Assembly (NCBI GenBank): GCA_024231215.1
Contig: JAAEQR010000202.1
Span: 302-64,301 of the forward strand
Length of the DNA: 64,000 nucleotides
Reading direction: 5' to 3'
From: PVC group bacterium
GTDB taxonomy: Bacteria; Omnitrophota; Gorgyraeia; B26-G9
Numbering within the stretch: the stretch's first letter is position 1; each line of letters opens with the position of its first letter. The translations under genes were made by a program, and so were the position numbers. The notes beneath the pieces were generated by a model. The model saw only the letters and a program-made list of their open reading frames with translations. It was not told the DNA's origin and ran no database searches. Of this stretch, positions 9,464 through 19,943 are shown in pieces.

Positions 9464-11088
9464 CACCGGAAGAGGAATTAAAAGATGTAATTAAGAGAGT
9501 CGGGGAGGATAACGTATATTCTGTAATATACAGGGAATTTCCGTGGCACTGGGCTGTTTATAGCAAGTTGCGACTACAGGCGTGTATGTTTTCTACTACT
9601 GGTATGGAATACCAAGCGGAAATAATGAACGAAAATAAGAAGCGAAAGAAATGTGCACTCAAGGGTGCACAGATGGCCATTTCAACCTCATTTATGCTCA
9701 GAAGTGTACACGGTCTAATTAATGGTAAATACCCAAAAGGTGTAATCTATTTCTTCCCAACATCAGACGATGCTTCGATTTATTCCAAAAGTCAGTTGCA
9801 GCCGATTATTAGCAATAATCCCGGTGCGGTCGGTAGTTTTATAAAGGACACCGATGCGGTCGAGGTTAAGCGTATAAACGATGCTGTGTTGTACATGCGT
9901 GGCGCAAAAGCAACACGAAAGGTTCAAGACCAGAAAGAAAGCTCTACGAAGCTGAAATCAATACCGGGTGATTGTGTTGTATTTGATGAGTATGATGAGA
10001 TGGATTTTGCGATGGTGTTGCTTGCCATAGAGCGTATGGCAGACAGCAAGGTTGCCGAGGAGATATATCTATCCACACCGACAATACCAGACTTTGGTAT
10101 TGACAAGCTCTATTCGGAATCCGATCAACGGCTATGGATGATTAAGTGCAAAAAATGTGGTAAATATACATGTTTGGAAGAGGAGTTTCCAAATTGCCTA
10201 GAAAAACTACCAAATGGCGATGTGATACGATTGTGCCAACGATGCCGTGACAGTGAAATATTTCCACAAGACGGGCGATGGATTGCCAGATATCCAGACC
10301 GGGAAATGGCCGGTTGGTGGATAAGTCAGTTAAACAAAGTTGGTAGTGTAATAGCGACACCAAAGAAAATCCTAGAAGCATATGAAAATCCACCGGAAGG
10401 CCGGTTGGAGGAAGTTTATAATTCAAAACTTGCCAGAGCCTATGTCGCAGCACATAATCGTTTAGGAATTGCCGAAATATTGTCGCTATGCAGCAACTAT
10501 GGCATAGCAAGTGATGATGACGGCCCGTGCTTTATGGGTGTCGATCAGGGCAATAAACTTCATGTGGTTGTCGGCAAAAAGCATTATGGCAAACGTGGTC
10601 AATTAATTCACATGGATATCTATAAGGATTTTGAAGAACTTGACCGATTGATGCGAATTTTCAACGTTCAGCTTTGTGTGATAGATGCAACGCCGAATAC
10701 GCATTCCGCCAGAGATTTTGCAAAAAGACATGCTGGCAGGGTATATCTTTCGTTTTATCAGGAACACCAAAAGGGCATGTATCGCTGGGATGAAAGTAAC
10801 ATGACGGTTGCTTCAAACAGGACAGAATCACTTGATGCATCACAAAACGAGGTTATGACTGGCGGCATAGTGTTTCCAAAAGAATGTGAAATAATGCGTA
10901 TATTTGCAAAACATCTGCATAATGTTGCCAAAAAGCTGGAAGAAGATAAAAGACACAACCTCAGATATAAATATTTAAAGCTTGGTGAAGATCATTTCCG
11001 CCATGCTTATAATTACGAATGTATGGCAAGGACTTATTTTCAACCAACGGTTTTTGATGACCTTGATTTTGATGGGGTGGCAATATAA
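9460..11088 (+). CDS. terminase large subunit
   Basis: 542 aa. It has a Walker-B-like hhhhDEYDE block (GDCVVFDEYDEMD), C-terminal acidic nuclease-like motifs (CVIDATPN) and a CxxC pair. It lies just upstream of the portal. Confidence 0.6.
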   Translation: MTPEEELKDVIKRVGEDNVYSVIYREFPWHWAVYSKLRLQACMFSTTGMEYQAEIMNENKKRKKCALKGAQMAISTSFMLRSVHGLINGKYPKGVIYFFPTSDDASIYSKSQLQPIISNNPGAVGSFIKDTDAVEVKRINDAVLYMRGAKATRKVQDQKESSTKLKSIPGDCVVFDEYDEMDFAMVLLAIERMADSKVAEEIYLSTPTIPDFGIDKLYSESDQRLWMIKCKKCGKYTCLEEEFPNCLEKLPNGDVIRLCQRCRDSEIFPQDGRWIARYPDREMAGWWISQLNKVGSVIATPKKILEAYENPPEGRLEEVYNSKLARAYVAAHNRLGIAEILSLCSNYGIASDDDGPCFMGVDQGNKLHVVVGKKHYGKRGQLIHMDIYKDFEELDRLMRIFNVQLCVIDATPNTHSARDFAKRHAGRVYLSFYQEHQKGMYRWDESNMTVASNRTESLDASQNEVMTGGIVFPKECEIMRIFAKHLHNVAKKLEEDKRHNLRYKYLKLGEDHFRHAYNYECMARTYFQPTVFDDLDFDGVAI

Positions 11089-11237
11089 AAATTGGATATT
11101 TACGAATACATGAGGCAAAATGGTCTTGCTTATTGGGAATACGATATAGAAGAAGAGGATTCGTTTGATGATTCTTTTGAGATATGTGAGTCTATAGATG
11201 ACCTTTTTCATTATGAACGAAGGAAGATTGACAGAGC

Positions 11238-11531
11238 ATGAGTGGTTGTTTGCTTGGTAGCAAAAAAAAACGAATTATTGAAAAACTAACTGGCAAAAAG
11301 GTGGATTTTGCGTTTGTTCGTGGTGGGTGGGAACATTTTTGGGCATGTGTTAATTTCGTAGGGGAAGAATATGATTGGTCAAAAGGCAAACCCCAACCAT
11401 TTGTAAATTATAAAACGGGCGAAGTCCGATATCCTAAAACAACAAAACAAAGGACATATATGCCAGAAACTGAGCAGCAGCGATTGTTTGACGAGGCCGT
11501 GAAGGAATTGGAGGATGCTGGTATATTGTGA
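11238..11531 (+). CDS. hypothetical protein
   Basis: 97-aa ORF. Confidence 0.3.
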   Translation: MSGCLLGSKKKRIIEKLTGKKVDFAFVRGGWEHFWACVNFVGEEYDWSKGKPQPFVNYKTGEVRYPKTTKQRTYMPETEQQRLFDEAVKELEDAGIL

Positions 11532-11669
11532 GAATCACATTTGATTTAATAAGAGAATATCTTGTTATAGATGCATACAGCCGCGGCTTAGCGTTTGTGA
11601 TAAGTGATGAGTATTGCCAGCGGTGGATTGATAGACTTGAATGTTTAACGACCATCAAAGACGCGAACA

Positions 11670-11909
11670 ATGAAAAAAATAAAATTTAGAAAATATGAGC
11701 AATTACCACAATATCAAAAACCATTAGTCAGTGGTTGGATACCACATGCCAGATTTTTAAATATTGCAGCAAAAGACCTGCCGGGATATAAATATTACAT
11801 ATTGCGTGATAAGCATAAAAAGGGTTCTATTTTGTTTTATTGTTATGATTTTATGTTCGAGATATGTAAATATATAGAAGAAAAAAAATATGCTCGCAAA
11901 ACCATATAA
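11670..11909 (+). CDS. hypothetical protein
   Basis: 79-aa ORF. Confidence 0.3.
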   Translation: MKKIKFRKYEQLPQYQKPLVSGWIPHARFLNIAAKDLPGYKYYILRDKHKKGSILFYCYDFMFEICKYIEEKKYARKTI

Positions 11910-12525
11910 ATCAAAATTAATGCCGGAACACGACACCGTAATGCTGTATTTTAAACCCGAGGACAATAACGGCTTAAATCAGGCTGAATATTACGTCAGG
12001 GGTGGTATAGTCTGGCCAAGGGGTATGATTGGCGGATATGGTATTGTGGCAGCACAAACGCTCACCACAAAAATAATTACAATCTATGCTCAATTTGAAT
12101 TTTCAACAATTGAAACGAGGTTTGTCGGCGATACGCAGACACGCGTCAAAGGTGCGAATGAGTATTTTGAGGAGATGTGGGAGAAATACGGATGCGATAC
12201 ATATTTTACTAGCGCAAGGGACAAGGAATTACACCGGCGATTTGACACCAAAATGTTCCGTGATTCATTTTTAAAGGTGCAGCCACACATCATAAAAACA
12301 CGCTATGGTGATAAAGAGGAGAATATTGATCCAATTATAGTAGAATATATAAGGTCAAGAAAGATAAAATACGACGGTACGTCATTGTTACATAAGCAAC
12401 TATTGGATTTTAAAAAGATGGGTGGTTTGGTCATTGATGAGAACAAAATCGCCCTTGTCGCTTTACGGCATCTTATCGCCGGAATAGAGAAATTTCCGTT
12501 TGAATTCCCAACTTACGAAGAATAA
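11890..12525 (+). CDS. hypothetical protein
   Basis: 211-aa ORF. A terminator hairpin follows it. Confidence 0.4.
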   Translation: MLAKPYKSKLMPEHDTVMLYFKPEDNNGLNQAEYYVRGGIVWPRGMIGGYGIVAAQTLTTKIITIYAQFEFSTIETRFVGDTQTRVKGANEYFEEMWEKYGCDTYFTSARDKELHRRFDTKMFRDSFLKVQPHIIKTRYGDKEENIDPIIVEYIRSRKIKYDGTSLLHKQLLDFKKMGGLVIDENKIALVALRHLIAGIEKFPFEFPTYEE

Positions 12526-12692
12526 TTACCATACCCCCATCTAAAAGTTTTCCAACTATATCCCCATGAATTGCCTTTAATAAACTCATTTCTATTTATA
12601 CAGATTTATAAAGAACAGTAAAAAAAGCTAAAGTTTTTACCAAAACTGACGATATAATACATATATTCATATTTTTCTGTCGAAAATTAGAG

Positions 12693-12730
12693 CCCTAACC
12701 ATGCATGGGTGGTTGGGGTTCTTTTTTTTG
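12693..12730 (+). terminator. rho-independent terminator
   Basis: CCCTAACCA-TGCATGGG-TGGTTGGGG hairpin followed by TTCTTTTTTTT. Confidence 0.55.
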
Positions 12731-12851
12731 GCGTGAGGGATTCTATGGAAAAACAAAAAGAAACGGCTGGACAGGTAATTACAGCTACTGGTTCCGCCAC
12801 ACAGCCTCCGAAACCAATTATCACAAAACCAATACATGGGCAAATTAAATA

Positions 12852-14798
12852 ATGGGTGAAACACCAAGAACCGGAACCGGATTACCGGACTGGGTAACAA
12901 CTATTTTTGATAATTTCAAAATAGATCGGCAATCCAAAAACGAGGAAAACTGGCAGATGGCCATTAACAGCTATCGTGGTTTTATGGATGAATCCCAGAA
13001 CTGGAAAAAAGGCGAGGCTGGTAAGGGTGGTAGAAAACAAGACAAGTGGAGAAGTGACGCATTTCCAATGTTGGTCAAGACAAAAGTAATTGCTTTTTAT
13101 AGCATTATGACCGACATGCTGCTTCAAGGTGGCGAAATACCATTCAATTTAACACCGGACGAGGGTGAGCCACCAAAAGCAAGCGAAGAAATGAACAAGA
13201 AAATCCGTCAGCAGTTAAAAGACGGCAAGGCCGACCGTGAATTAATTAAGGCTATTATGTCGCTTGGCATGTACGGTGGCGCATACATAAGAAGTCCGGC
13301 AATACGAACACTACCACTGAAACAGTGGAAAATGGTGAATATGGCACCACAGAATGTGCAGGGATTTGGCGATGAATATGTCAGACCACAATTGCAGGTT
13401 GAGGATGTTGATTCGCCAGTCATAGAATATTGGTCTGTGTGGGATGTTTTCAGGGATATGGAAACAGACGATATCCAACGTGGGCAAGGCGTATTTTTTA
13501 GAAAAATGCTTTCTCCATACGAACTCAGGCAGTTTAAGGGCGACCCATTCTTTGATGACGAAACCCTGGAAACGGCGGTTATGGATTCCGCAAAAGAGGG
13601 GGATGCTGTTGATGAAACAGATTTGTCACCGGGCCAACGTGATATAGCGTCACGTAACAAAACAATTCGTTACCTGGAAGCGTTTATCCGTGTGCCAACC
13701 TACAAACTCATTGCATTTTTGGACGACCACTCGGTTTACAAACCACAATTTAAAGGCGTTGATTTTGATAGCAAAGTAACCGTGGATGATGGCAGAGAGA
13801 CTGAGGTTTTTTGTTGTTTAGCTAATGATAACATTGTTCGTTTGGTTCCTTGGATGGGAGAAAGACCGGTAAAATATTGTCCCTGTGAACTTGTTTTGGA
13901 TGAAGCAACCGGGCGCGGCATAGCCGATAATCTAAAAAGCGACCAGAAACTGCTCACCGGCATTATGCGAAATATCGCCGACAACCTTGCAATAGCCGGT
14001 AGTCCAATATTTGCCGGTCACAAGAACAAACTGGCCACTGGAGAGAAAACAGAGTTCTATCCCGGTAAATATATGGATTTGAAGGATGGTGTTGACAATG
14101 TTGCACAAGCAATACAGCAATTTATCATTCAGGACGTATCTGCCGGATTGGTGCGATTTCAGGAAATTGTAAAGGATATGGCCGATTCTGATGCAAATAT
14201 ACCAAAATTGCTTGAGGGTGTATCAGGTACTGGTGAAAAGACTAAATTTGAGACAGACGTATTACAAACCAATGCCGGGAAGTATATTGGCGGTGTAATT
14301 AAAAACGTTGACGAACATTTTATAGAACCCATTATCGGTGATTATTACAATTACAACATGTCTGAACCCGGCAAATTGCCGGAAATGGGGCCGATGACCG
14401 TCCACGCAAATGGATTCACCAGCTTTCAGAACAGGTTTATGAGAGTGCGAAAGTTGCAACAGATGTTGCAATTATCACTATCCAGTGATGTTATGATGAA
14501 AGAAGTAAAGATAGATAAGCATTTGGAAGAAATATATAAGGGGCTTGACATTTCGCCAGAAACATTTCTTAAAACCGAGCAGGAGAAAGCAGAGGAACAC
14601 AGGAAGTCCATACAATTTGCATTAACAAATATTGCCGAGAATCTGGGCATACCTGTTAGTGACCTTGTGAAAGCCGCTCAACCGAAAGAACCAGGCACAC
14701 AACCGGGAGCAAACATTGAGGGCGGTGGCAAACCAGAACTTGTCGGTGGCGAAGAAAGTAAACCGCAGGCACCGGAAGCACTCGGAGGCGTATTATAA
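12852..14798 (+). CDS. portal protein
   Basis: 648 aa. It follows the large terminase and precedes the scaffold and capsid genes, and its size and charge pattern are typical of portals. Confidence 0.55.
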   Translation: MGETPRTGTGLPDWVTTIFDNFKIDRQSKNEENWQMAINSYRGFMDESQNWKKGEAGKGGRKQDKWRSDAFPMLVKTKVIAFYSIMTDMLLQGGEIPFNLTPDEGEPPKASEEMNKKIRQQLKDGKADRELIKAIMSLGMYGGAYIRSPAIRTLPLKQWKMVNMAPQNVQGFGDEYVRPQLQVEDVDSPVIEYWSVWDVFRDMETDDIQRGQGVFFRKMLSPYELRQFKGDPFFDDETLETAVMDSAKEGDAVDETDLSPGQRDIASRNKTIRYLEAFIRVPTYKLIAFLDDHSVYKPQFKGVDFDSKVTVDDGRETEVFCCLANDNIVRLVPWMGERPVKYCPCELVLDEATGRGIADNLKSDQKLLTGIMRNIADNLAIAGSPIFAGHKNKLATGEKTEFYPGKYMDLKDGVDNVAQAIQQFIIQDVSAGLVRFQEIVKDMADSDANIPKLLEGVSGTGEKTKFETDVLQTNAGKYIGGVIKNVDEHFIEPIIGDYYNYNMSEPGKLPEMGPMTVHANGFTSFQNRFMRVRKLQQMLQLSLSSDVMMKEVKIDKHLEEIYKGLDISPETFLKTEQEKAEEHRKSIQFALTNIAENLGIPVSDLVKAAQPKEPGTQPGANIEGGGKPELVGGEESKPQAPEALGGVL

Positions 14799-15079
14799 TG
14801 GGTGAGCACATAATTAATCCAAATGCGCAATTTCATAAAATACCAAAACCAACATTGAACATTGATGGATGTGAAAACTTTATTTGTAAGGATATCACAC
14901 ATAATCGACCCGGCGAAAACGGCGATGTTGTTGGTTGTGATAGTGATAAATTTGAAACCATGTGGGTTTTGAAAAAAGTGTCCGGAATTTTTACCAAATC
15001 CGGAAAAGAAGAAATAATGCCACTGGAATATTTTAAATGTAAAGAATGTGGGACAATGACAAGAATACTAAAGAGGTAA
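14798..15079 (+). CDS. zinc-ribbon small protein
   Basis: 93 aa with CENFICKD...CKECG cysteine pairs. The ATG overlaps the portal stop. Confidence 0.35.
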   Translation: MGEHIINPNAQFHKIPKPTLNIDGCENFICKDITHNRPGENGDVVGCDSDKFETMWVLKKVSGIFTKSGKEEIMPLEYFKCKECGTMTRILKR

Positions 15080-15094
15080 CGAAAGGAGTAAATA

Positions 15095-15265
15095 ATGGCG
15101 TTAAAGAGAGATCTGGGTGAAACCAGACTAAAAATTGACAACCTTGAGTCAAGGGTGAGTTCCCTTGAGGGGCAGATTGGGGATATAACCAACACCTTGG
15201 CACAGGCCGTAATAGCTAAAACAGAGAAGAAAGTTTCTGAAAAACCAAAGAAAACAGGGAAGTGA
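15095..15265 (+). CDS. small coiled-coil protein (not in track)
   Basis: 56-aa ORF MALKRDLGETRLKIDNLESRVSSLEGQIGD... with a heptad-like pattern. A GGAG ribosome-binding site lies upstream. Coordinates are approximate. Confidence 0.25.
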   Translation: MALKRDLGETRLKIDNLESRVSSLEGQIGDITNTLAQAVIAKTEKKVSEKPKKTGK

Positions 15266-15286
15266 AATTGTTAGTGGGAGCATTAA

Positions 15287-15556
15287 ATGCCAAAACCACG
15301 GGACATGGATTTTTCACCGGAGGACAAGGGTTTTTTTTACCAGCAAATTGTCCAGATATTTGAAGCAGATTTCAATGAACCGTTCATAAACTACTTAAAG
15401 GAATTACGAATTACTGTGGATGAAAAATTTCACAAAAGCAAAACAGCAGAGGATTTTAATAAATACCGAGGACAATGCGCCATAATTGATGAAATCCTTG
15501 ATGTGTATCCCAAAGCTATTAAAGAGCTAGATGATTATTTACATGGCGAGGATTGA
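15287..15556 (+). CDS. hypothetical protein
   Basis: 89-aa ORF. Confidence 0.35.
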   Translation: MPKPRDMDFSPEDKGFFYQQIVQIFEADFNEPFINYLKELRITVDEKFHKSKTAEDFNKYRGQCAIIDEILDVYPKAIKELDDYLHGED

Positions 15557-15595
15557 AAATATTATGAATAATATTAATAAACAGGAGGAACAAAC

Positions 15596-16600
15596 ATGAA
15601 AGGAATTATAATTTTTTTAGTAATACTGTTATTGGGAGGAGGGTTTGCGACAGATGTTGTGGCAGATAGTGTGAAGGAGAAACTTGATAGGATGTCTGCC
15701 GTTTTATCAACATCCCCATTTGGCCGTGAGTTTTATGTACTAAACAGCGATAGTCCACTTTATCCAATAGCACGGGAAAGATTAAAACCATACCCGGACG
15801 GTCAAAGAAAGTTATTTACTTCAATAGATAATGCTAATTCGGCATGTCTTGCAAACCGTGGTGATACAATTTATTTGATTGGTGGGTATACTAACACAAC
15901 ACTTGTGCCTGGTGTAACGTTTGCAAAGGATGACGTTAGCGTGATAGGTGTTGGGCCGTCAATCCCAACATTGGGTGGAAACGGTGTGGGGGCAGCAGTA
16001 ACAATAACAGCAGATAATTTCAAAATGAGGAATGTTGAAATTGTGGCTGGCAGAACTGACAATTCAATTGCTCTTATGTATATTGGGACTGGGGTAGGAA
16101 CACCCAAAAATGTAGTTCTGGAGGATATGCGATTTATAGCTGGAACAGAAACAAGATCAACTACAGATGCAATTATTATAGATAGTGTGGATTCTCTTGT
16201 TATGCGGAATTGTTTTATTTCAAATCCATTTGGTAATACATACGTCCCAGCTTCCTTGGTGGAGTTTGTGGGTGGGTGCACTAATAGCCGACTTGAGAAA
16301 AACATCATTACTGGTTATGTCAGCGGTGCTGCGCTTGAAGATCAATATGCATCAACCGGATTGATTCTGATCGATAATATTGTTGCTGTTAGTGGCACTA
16401 CAGCCGAGGCTGCGACACTCGATTCAAATCCAAATTTTCTAGTTTCTGTTAACAACAAATGGGCTGGTTCGGATACTACGTTAGCCAATATTGCTGAATT
16501 GGGCGCACAGGCTTTAATATTTGATAATCGTGTGCTTGAGGGTTCTCACCATCAAGACATTCAAGCAACAGATGTTGAACCGAGTATTGATACTGATTAA
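15596..16600 (+). CDS. right-handed beta-helix (pectate-lyase-like) protein with N-terminal signal/anchor
   Basis: 334 aa with an N-terminal hydrophobic segment. It has repetitive V/I-x-N/G-x beta-helix rungs (NVEIVAGRTDNSIALMYIGTG, NVVLEDMRFIAG, CFISNPFGN). Confidence 0.4.
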   Translation: MKGIIIFLVILLLGGGFATDVVADSVKEKLDRMSAVLSTSPFGREFYVLNSDSPLYPIARERLKPYPDGQRKLFTSIDNANSACLANRGDTIYLIGGYTNTTLVPGVTFAKDDVSVIGVGPSIPTLGGNGVGAAVTITADNFKMRNVEIVAGRTDNSIALMYIGTGVGTPKNVVLEDMRFIAGTETRSTTDAIIIDSVDSLVMRNCFISNPFGNTYVPASLVEFVGGCTNSRLEKNIITGYVSGAALEDQYASTGLILIDNIVAVSGTTAEAATLDSNPNFLVSVNNKWAGSDTTLANIAELGAQALIFDNRVLEGSHHQDIQATDVEPSIDTD

Positions 16601-16605
16601 TTAAT

Positions 16606-16920
16606 ATGCCACAAAATCAAGACAACGAGGGTTTCCTGCTGACCAGCATGGATTGTAATGATTCATTGCTTGAGGTGGACGACCTAACGAGGACAATTTT
16701 ACTGAATAGAATTCAGGAAATGCATGCAGCCATAATGATGGTAGATGGCCAGATGCCGACTCAGCAGGAACTTCTCGATTTTAGTAAAACCATTAATCAC
16801 GGTAATGCATTAACGTTTATATGGCGTGGACAACCATTGTTGCGCTTTGATGAGCCGATTTATATTGGTAATGACATTAAACAAAACGTGCATTATTTAT
16901 TTAACGTAGAGGAGCATTAA
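16606..16920 (+). CDS. hypothetical protein
   Basis: 104-aa ORF. Confidence 0.35.
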   Translation: MPQNQDNEGFLLTSMDCNDSLLEVDDLTRTILLNRIQEMHAAIMMVDGQMPTQQELLDFSKTINHGNALTFIWRGQPLLRFDEPIYIGNDIKQNVHYLFNVEEH

Positions 16921-16921
16921 A

Positions 16922-17887
16922 ATGCCTGATGAAGAAACCGAAGTTCAAGAAACTACAGAAGTATCGGAACCATCGGCCGAAGAAGTTTCACCCGAAGAAG
17001 AGGCCGAACCGGAAGAGGTAGATGAGGATGCGCTTTTCGATGAGGCTACAGACGAAACTGCCGTAGCGGAAAAAGAGGAGGAACCGGAAACCGAGGAACC
17101 CGAACCGGAAGAACCCCCAAAAGAAGTTGCGGAAGAAAAAGAACCCGAACCGGAAAAAGCAGAGCCTGAAGTAGCAAAAGAGAAATCGGCGAAAGAGTTG
17201 GCGGAAGAGGCCGGTGCAAGGAGAAGGGATGAGGTCAGGGATGAACCGGCACCGGTAAGGGGTGAGCCCGAACCACCACCGAAAGTCGAACCGAAAGCAG
17301 AGGTACCTGAAGTTAAACCACAGGATTTGCCTGAAGCTGACTGGGGGGAGGAGCTAAACGAGCATTTTGAGGAATACAAGGTTGAGGGTAGGGTTGCCAA
17401 AAGAGCATTTTCTGAATCTGTTAAGGCTGGTCGAGACTATACAAACACGCTTGGTAATTACACCCTTGAAAATTTCAAAAAGATGGGTGAACAACTGAAA
17501 ACACAGTCGGAGTTGATTGATAAACTAAACAACGAGCATGCACAGACGAGGTTTTGGCAAGATGTGATGCTGGACGGGGAACCTGATATACGAAGGACTG
17601 TGAACAGTGCTGGTTTTAAAGACTGGTTAGGTAAACAAAGCGAAAACACACAATTGCTGCACAATTCACCACACTCGAAAGATGCTGTTAAGTTAGTGAC
17701 TTTTTACAGGATGGACACAGCTAAAGAGGTTGTGAAAAAGCACGACGAGGAGAAGGGTGCCGCAAAGAAGCATATGGGGAAAATACTTAAACACACTGTT
17801 ACGCCTACAACTCGCTCCGGCGGCACAAAGAAAATTGATGTGGACGATGAGGATGCCGCATGGGATGAGGCTACGGCAGGGTCTTAG
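16922..17887 (+). CDS. scaffolding protein (acidic, E/P-rich)
   Basis: 321 aa. It has an extremely acidic low-complexity N-terminal half (EEPEPEEPPKEVAEEKEPEPEK) and sits between the portal and the major capsid gene. Confidence 0.5.
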   Translation: MPDEETEVQETTEVSEPSAEEVSPEEEAEPEEVDEDALFDEATDETAVAEKEEEPETEEPEPEEPPKEVAEEKEPEPEKAEPEVAKEKSAKELAEEAGARRRDEVRDEPAPVRGEPEPPPKVEPKAEVPEVKPQDLPEADWGEELNEHFEEYKVEGRVAKRAFSESVKAGRDYTNTLGNYTLENFKKMGEQLKTQSELIDKLNNEHAQTRFWQDVMLDGEPDIRRTVNSAGFKDWLGKQSENTQLLHNSPHSKDAVKLVTFYRMDTAKEVVKKHDEEKGAAKKHMGKILKHTVTPTTRSGGTKKIDVDDEDAAWDEATAGS

Positions 17888-17889
17888 TA

Positions 17890-18072
17890 ATGGATGATGA
17901 TGGTGTTAGATTCATAGTAGTGGATACTGAGCAAGAAATCAGGTGTCCTAATATAGTTGAAATCCACGGCAAAATGCAGCCATGTAACCGACTTTTAATG
18001 AAGGGAGAGATAAATAGCATTGAAACTGTTTGCCCGTCATGCAAGGGTAAACTCAACATAGAGCAGAGGTAA
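17890..18072 (+). CDS. zinc-ribbon small protein
   Basis: 60 aa with a CPN...C...CPSC pattern. Confidence 0.3.
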   Translation: MDDDGVRFIVVDTEQEIRCPNIVEIHGKMQPCNRLLMKGEINSIETVCPSCKGKLNIEQR

Positions 18073-18146
18073 AAAGTGCTGCCCAGATTCCATAAGAGAA
18101 CCGTTGGCGGAAATAATGATAATTATTATTCAGGGAGGTTCTTATT

Positions 18147-19172
18147 ATGGGAGCAGCAACAACTAGGTTTGGAGATATTACTCCAAGAACAGCGGTCTTT
18201 TCCGCTGCGGGTTTTTTAAAACGGGGGCAGCCGAGACTACTCACCGAACGATTTGGCCAACCCAAACCAATCCCCAAGAAACACAGTAAGGTAATTAAGT
18301 TTAGACGGTACGAAGCACTTGCCACGGTTGAAGCACCTTTGGCTGAAGGTGTGCCACCTACAGGTCAGAAATTAACAGCGACCGATTACACAGCCACATT
18401 GGAGCAATTCGGAGACTTTACAGAAATTACCGATGTTATTATGGATACCCACGAAGACAACGTGCTTCAGGAGGGTATTAAAACAGTTAGTGAGCAGGCC
18501 GCACAAACCATTGAACTTGTTCGTCTCGCAACGCTGAAAGCCGGTACAAATGTTTATTACGCTGGAACTGGTACAACCAGGGCGACAGTTGATGCCGCAC
18601 CGGCACGTAAGGATTTCAGGAAGATAGTTCGCGGTCTTAACAGGTACAATGCAAACACGATTGAATCAATCGTGAAGGCAAGTCCAAAGATAGACACCGA
18701 GCCGGTTAACCCCTCATTTTTTGGTATTTGTCACACCGATCTTAAACCCGACTTACGTGGCGTAACCAGCTTCATTGAAGTTAAGAATTACGCCGACAGT
18801 GACAAAAGCATAGCGGGTGAGTTCGGTTCTATTGAAGATGTCCGTCTTTGTTGCTCTACGATGGTTAAACCGTGGCTTGCACAGACTACCGATTCGTCAG
18901 TGACGTACCTGAGTAACGGTAGCGAAGTAACCACAGCAGGCGCATCCGACGTTTACCCCATTCTTGTTTTTGCACAGGACGCTTACGGCATTGTTCCATT
19001 ACAGGGTAAAAACGCGGTGAAACTGATGGTTATAAACCCCGACATGCCGTCAAAGGGTGACGAGTTAGGGCAAAAGGGTTTTGTGTCGTGGAAAATGTAT
19101 CAGGCTTGTGTGATTTTAAACCAGAACTGGATGGCACGACTGGAAGCATTGGTAGTAGCAGAACCTACTTAA
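18147..19172 (+). CDS. major capsid protein (HK97-like)
   Basis: 341 aa. Its size and position after the scaffold fit a major capsid protein. It has a strong ribosome-binding site (GGGAGGT) and a strong terminator sits two genes downstream. Confidence 0.55.
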   Translation: MGAATTRFGDITPRTAVFSAAGFLKRGQPRLLTERFGQPKPIPKKHSKVIKFRRYEALATVEAPLAEGVPPTGQKLTATDYTATLEQFGDFTEITDVIMDTHEDNVLQEGIKTVSEQAAQTIELVRLATLKAGTNVYYAGTGTTRATVDAAPARKDFRKIVRGLNRYNANTIESIVKASPKIDTEPVNPSFFGICHTDLKPDLRGVTSFIEVKNYADSDKSIAGEFGSIEDVRLCCSTMVKPWLAQTTDSSVTYLSNGSEVTTAGASDVYPILVFAQDAYGIVPLQGKNAVKLMVINPDMPSKGDELGQKGFVSWKMYQACVILNQNWMARLEALVVAEPT

Positions 19173-19240
19173 TAGTTTAGACGGGAAAGCGATTAACATG
19201 ACAGAATAACGATTAACAAACTAAACAGGAGGAAAGTATT

Positions 19241-19894
19241 ATGAAAATTGTAAGAGGTACAGTCGATGGTCACAGTGCTGATATGTATATATGTGTTGGT
19301 TTTGTACCGGATGAGATTTTTCTCAGGGTATATGACAGTTCAAACTACGAAACAGCATTGTGGCACAGGAATGCATCTGAATCAGCGACTGGGTTTTATG
19401 GTTTTTGGCAGGATGCTGATGACGAACAGACGGCTTTGACAGCTACAGATGGTATTACAATTTATGAGGGTGGTGACAGGATTACTACGTCAAGCGAAGC
19501 TTACAAATGGGCGGATGGTAGTGGTGATACAAGTGCCGACAAAAAGGGTGATATTACCAGTTTTACAGTTACGACATCGGCGAGTTATCAGGGTAAGTTT
19601 AATACTGCATTAGATTCATCAAAAACAAATGCTGTTGCATTGGGTTCTATAGTAACAATTGATGGCAAGGAATATAAAATTACAGCACTTACTGATACTG
19701 GTGAATCAGATGACGAGGTGACGCTTGATCGGTTGCCAAACCAAAACAATGTAATGGAGATAACACACATTACGGGGCCATATACTCATATTGCGGTGCC
19801 AGCGAACTTTATTACACCAGCCGGGTTTTGTGTTCAGACGGGCATATTGAACACAGACGCAGATTGGATTTTCTTCACAGCAACTAAGTATTAA
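19241..19894 (+). CDS. capsid-associated protein (possible decoration/head fibre)
   Basis: 217 aa with a GGAGGA ribosome-binding site. It is co-transcribed with the major capsid gene and followed at once by a strong terminator. Confidence 0.3.
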   Translation: MKIVRGTVDGHSADMYICVGFVPDEIFLRVYDSSNYETALWHRNASESATGFYGFWQDADDEQTALTATDGITIYEGGDRITTSSEAYKWADGSGDTSADKKGDITSFTVTTSASYQGKFNTALDSSKTNAVALGSIVTIDGKEYKITALTDTGESDDEVTLDRLPNQNNVMEITHITGPYTHIAVPANFITPAGFCVQTGILNTDADWIFFTATKY

Positions 19895-19899
19895 TCTAA

Positions 19900-19930
19900 C
19901 CGGGGGGTGAAATTCCCCCCACTTTTTTAA
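19900..19930 (+). terminator. rho-independent terminator
   Basis: CCGGGGGG-TGAAATT-CCCCCC hairpin followed by ACTTTTTTAA. Confidence 0.6.
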
Positions 19931-19943
19931 CAGGAGAGCAAAA

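Noticed and set aside
16945-17400. 151-aa minus-strand ORF (Ser/Gly-rich) antisense to the scaffold gene
   Set aside because: It is a mirror artefact of the low-complexity GAA/GAG-rich scaffold coding sequence and has no start context. It is embedded in a clearly coding plus-strand gene.
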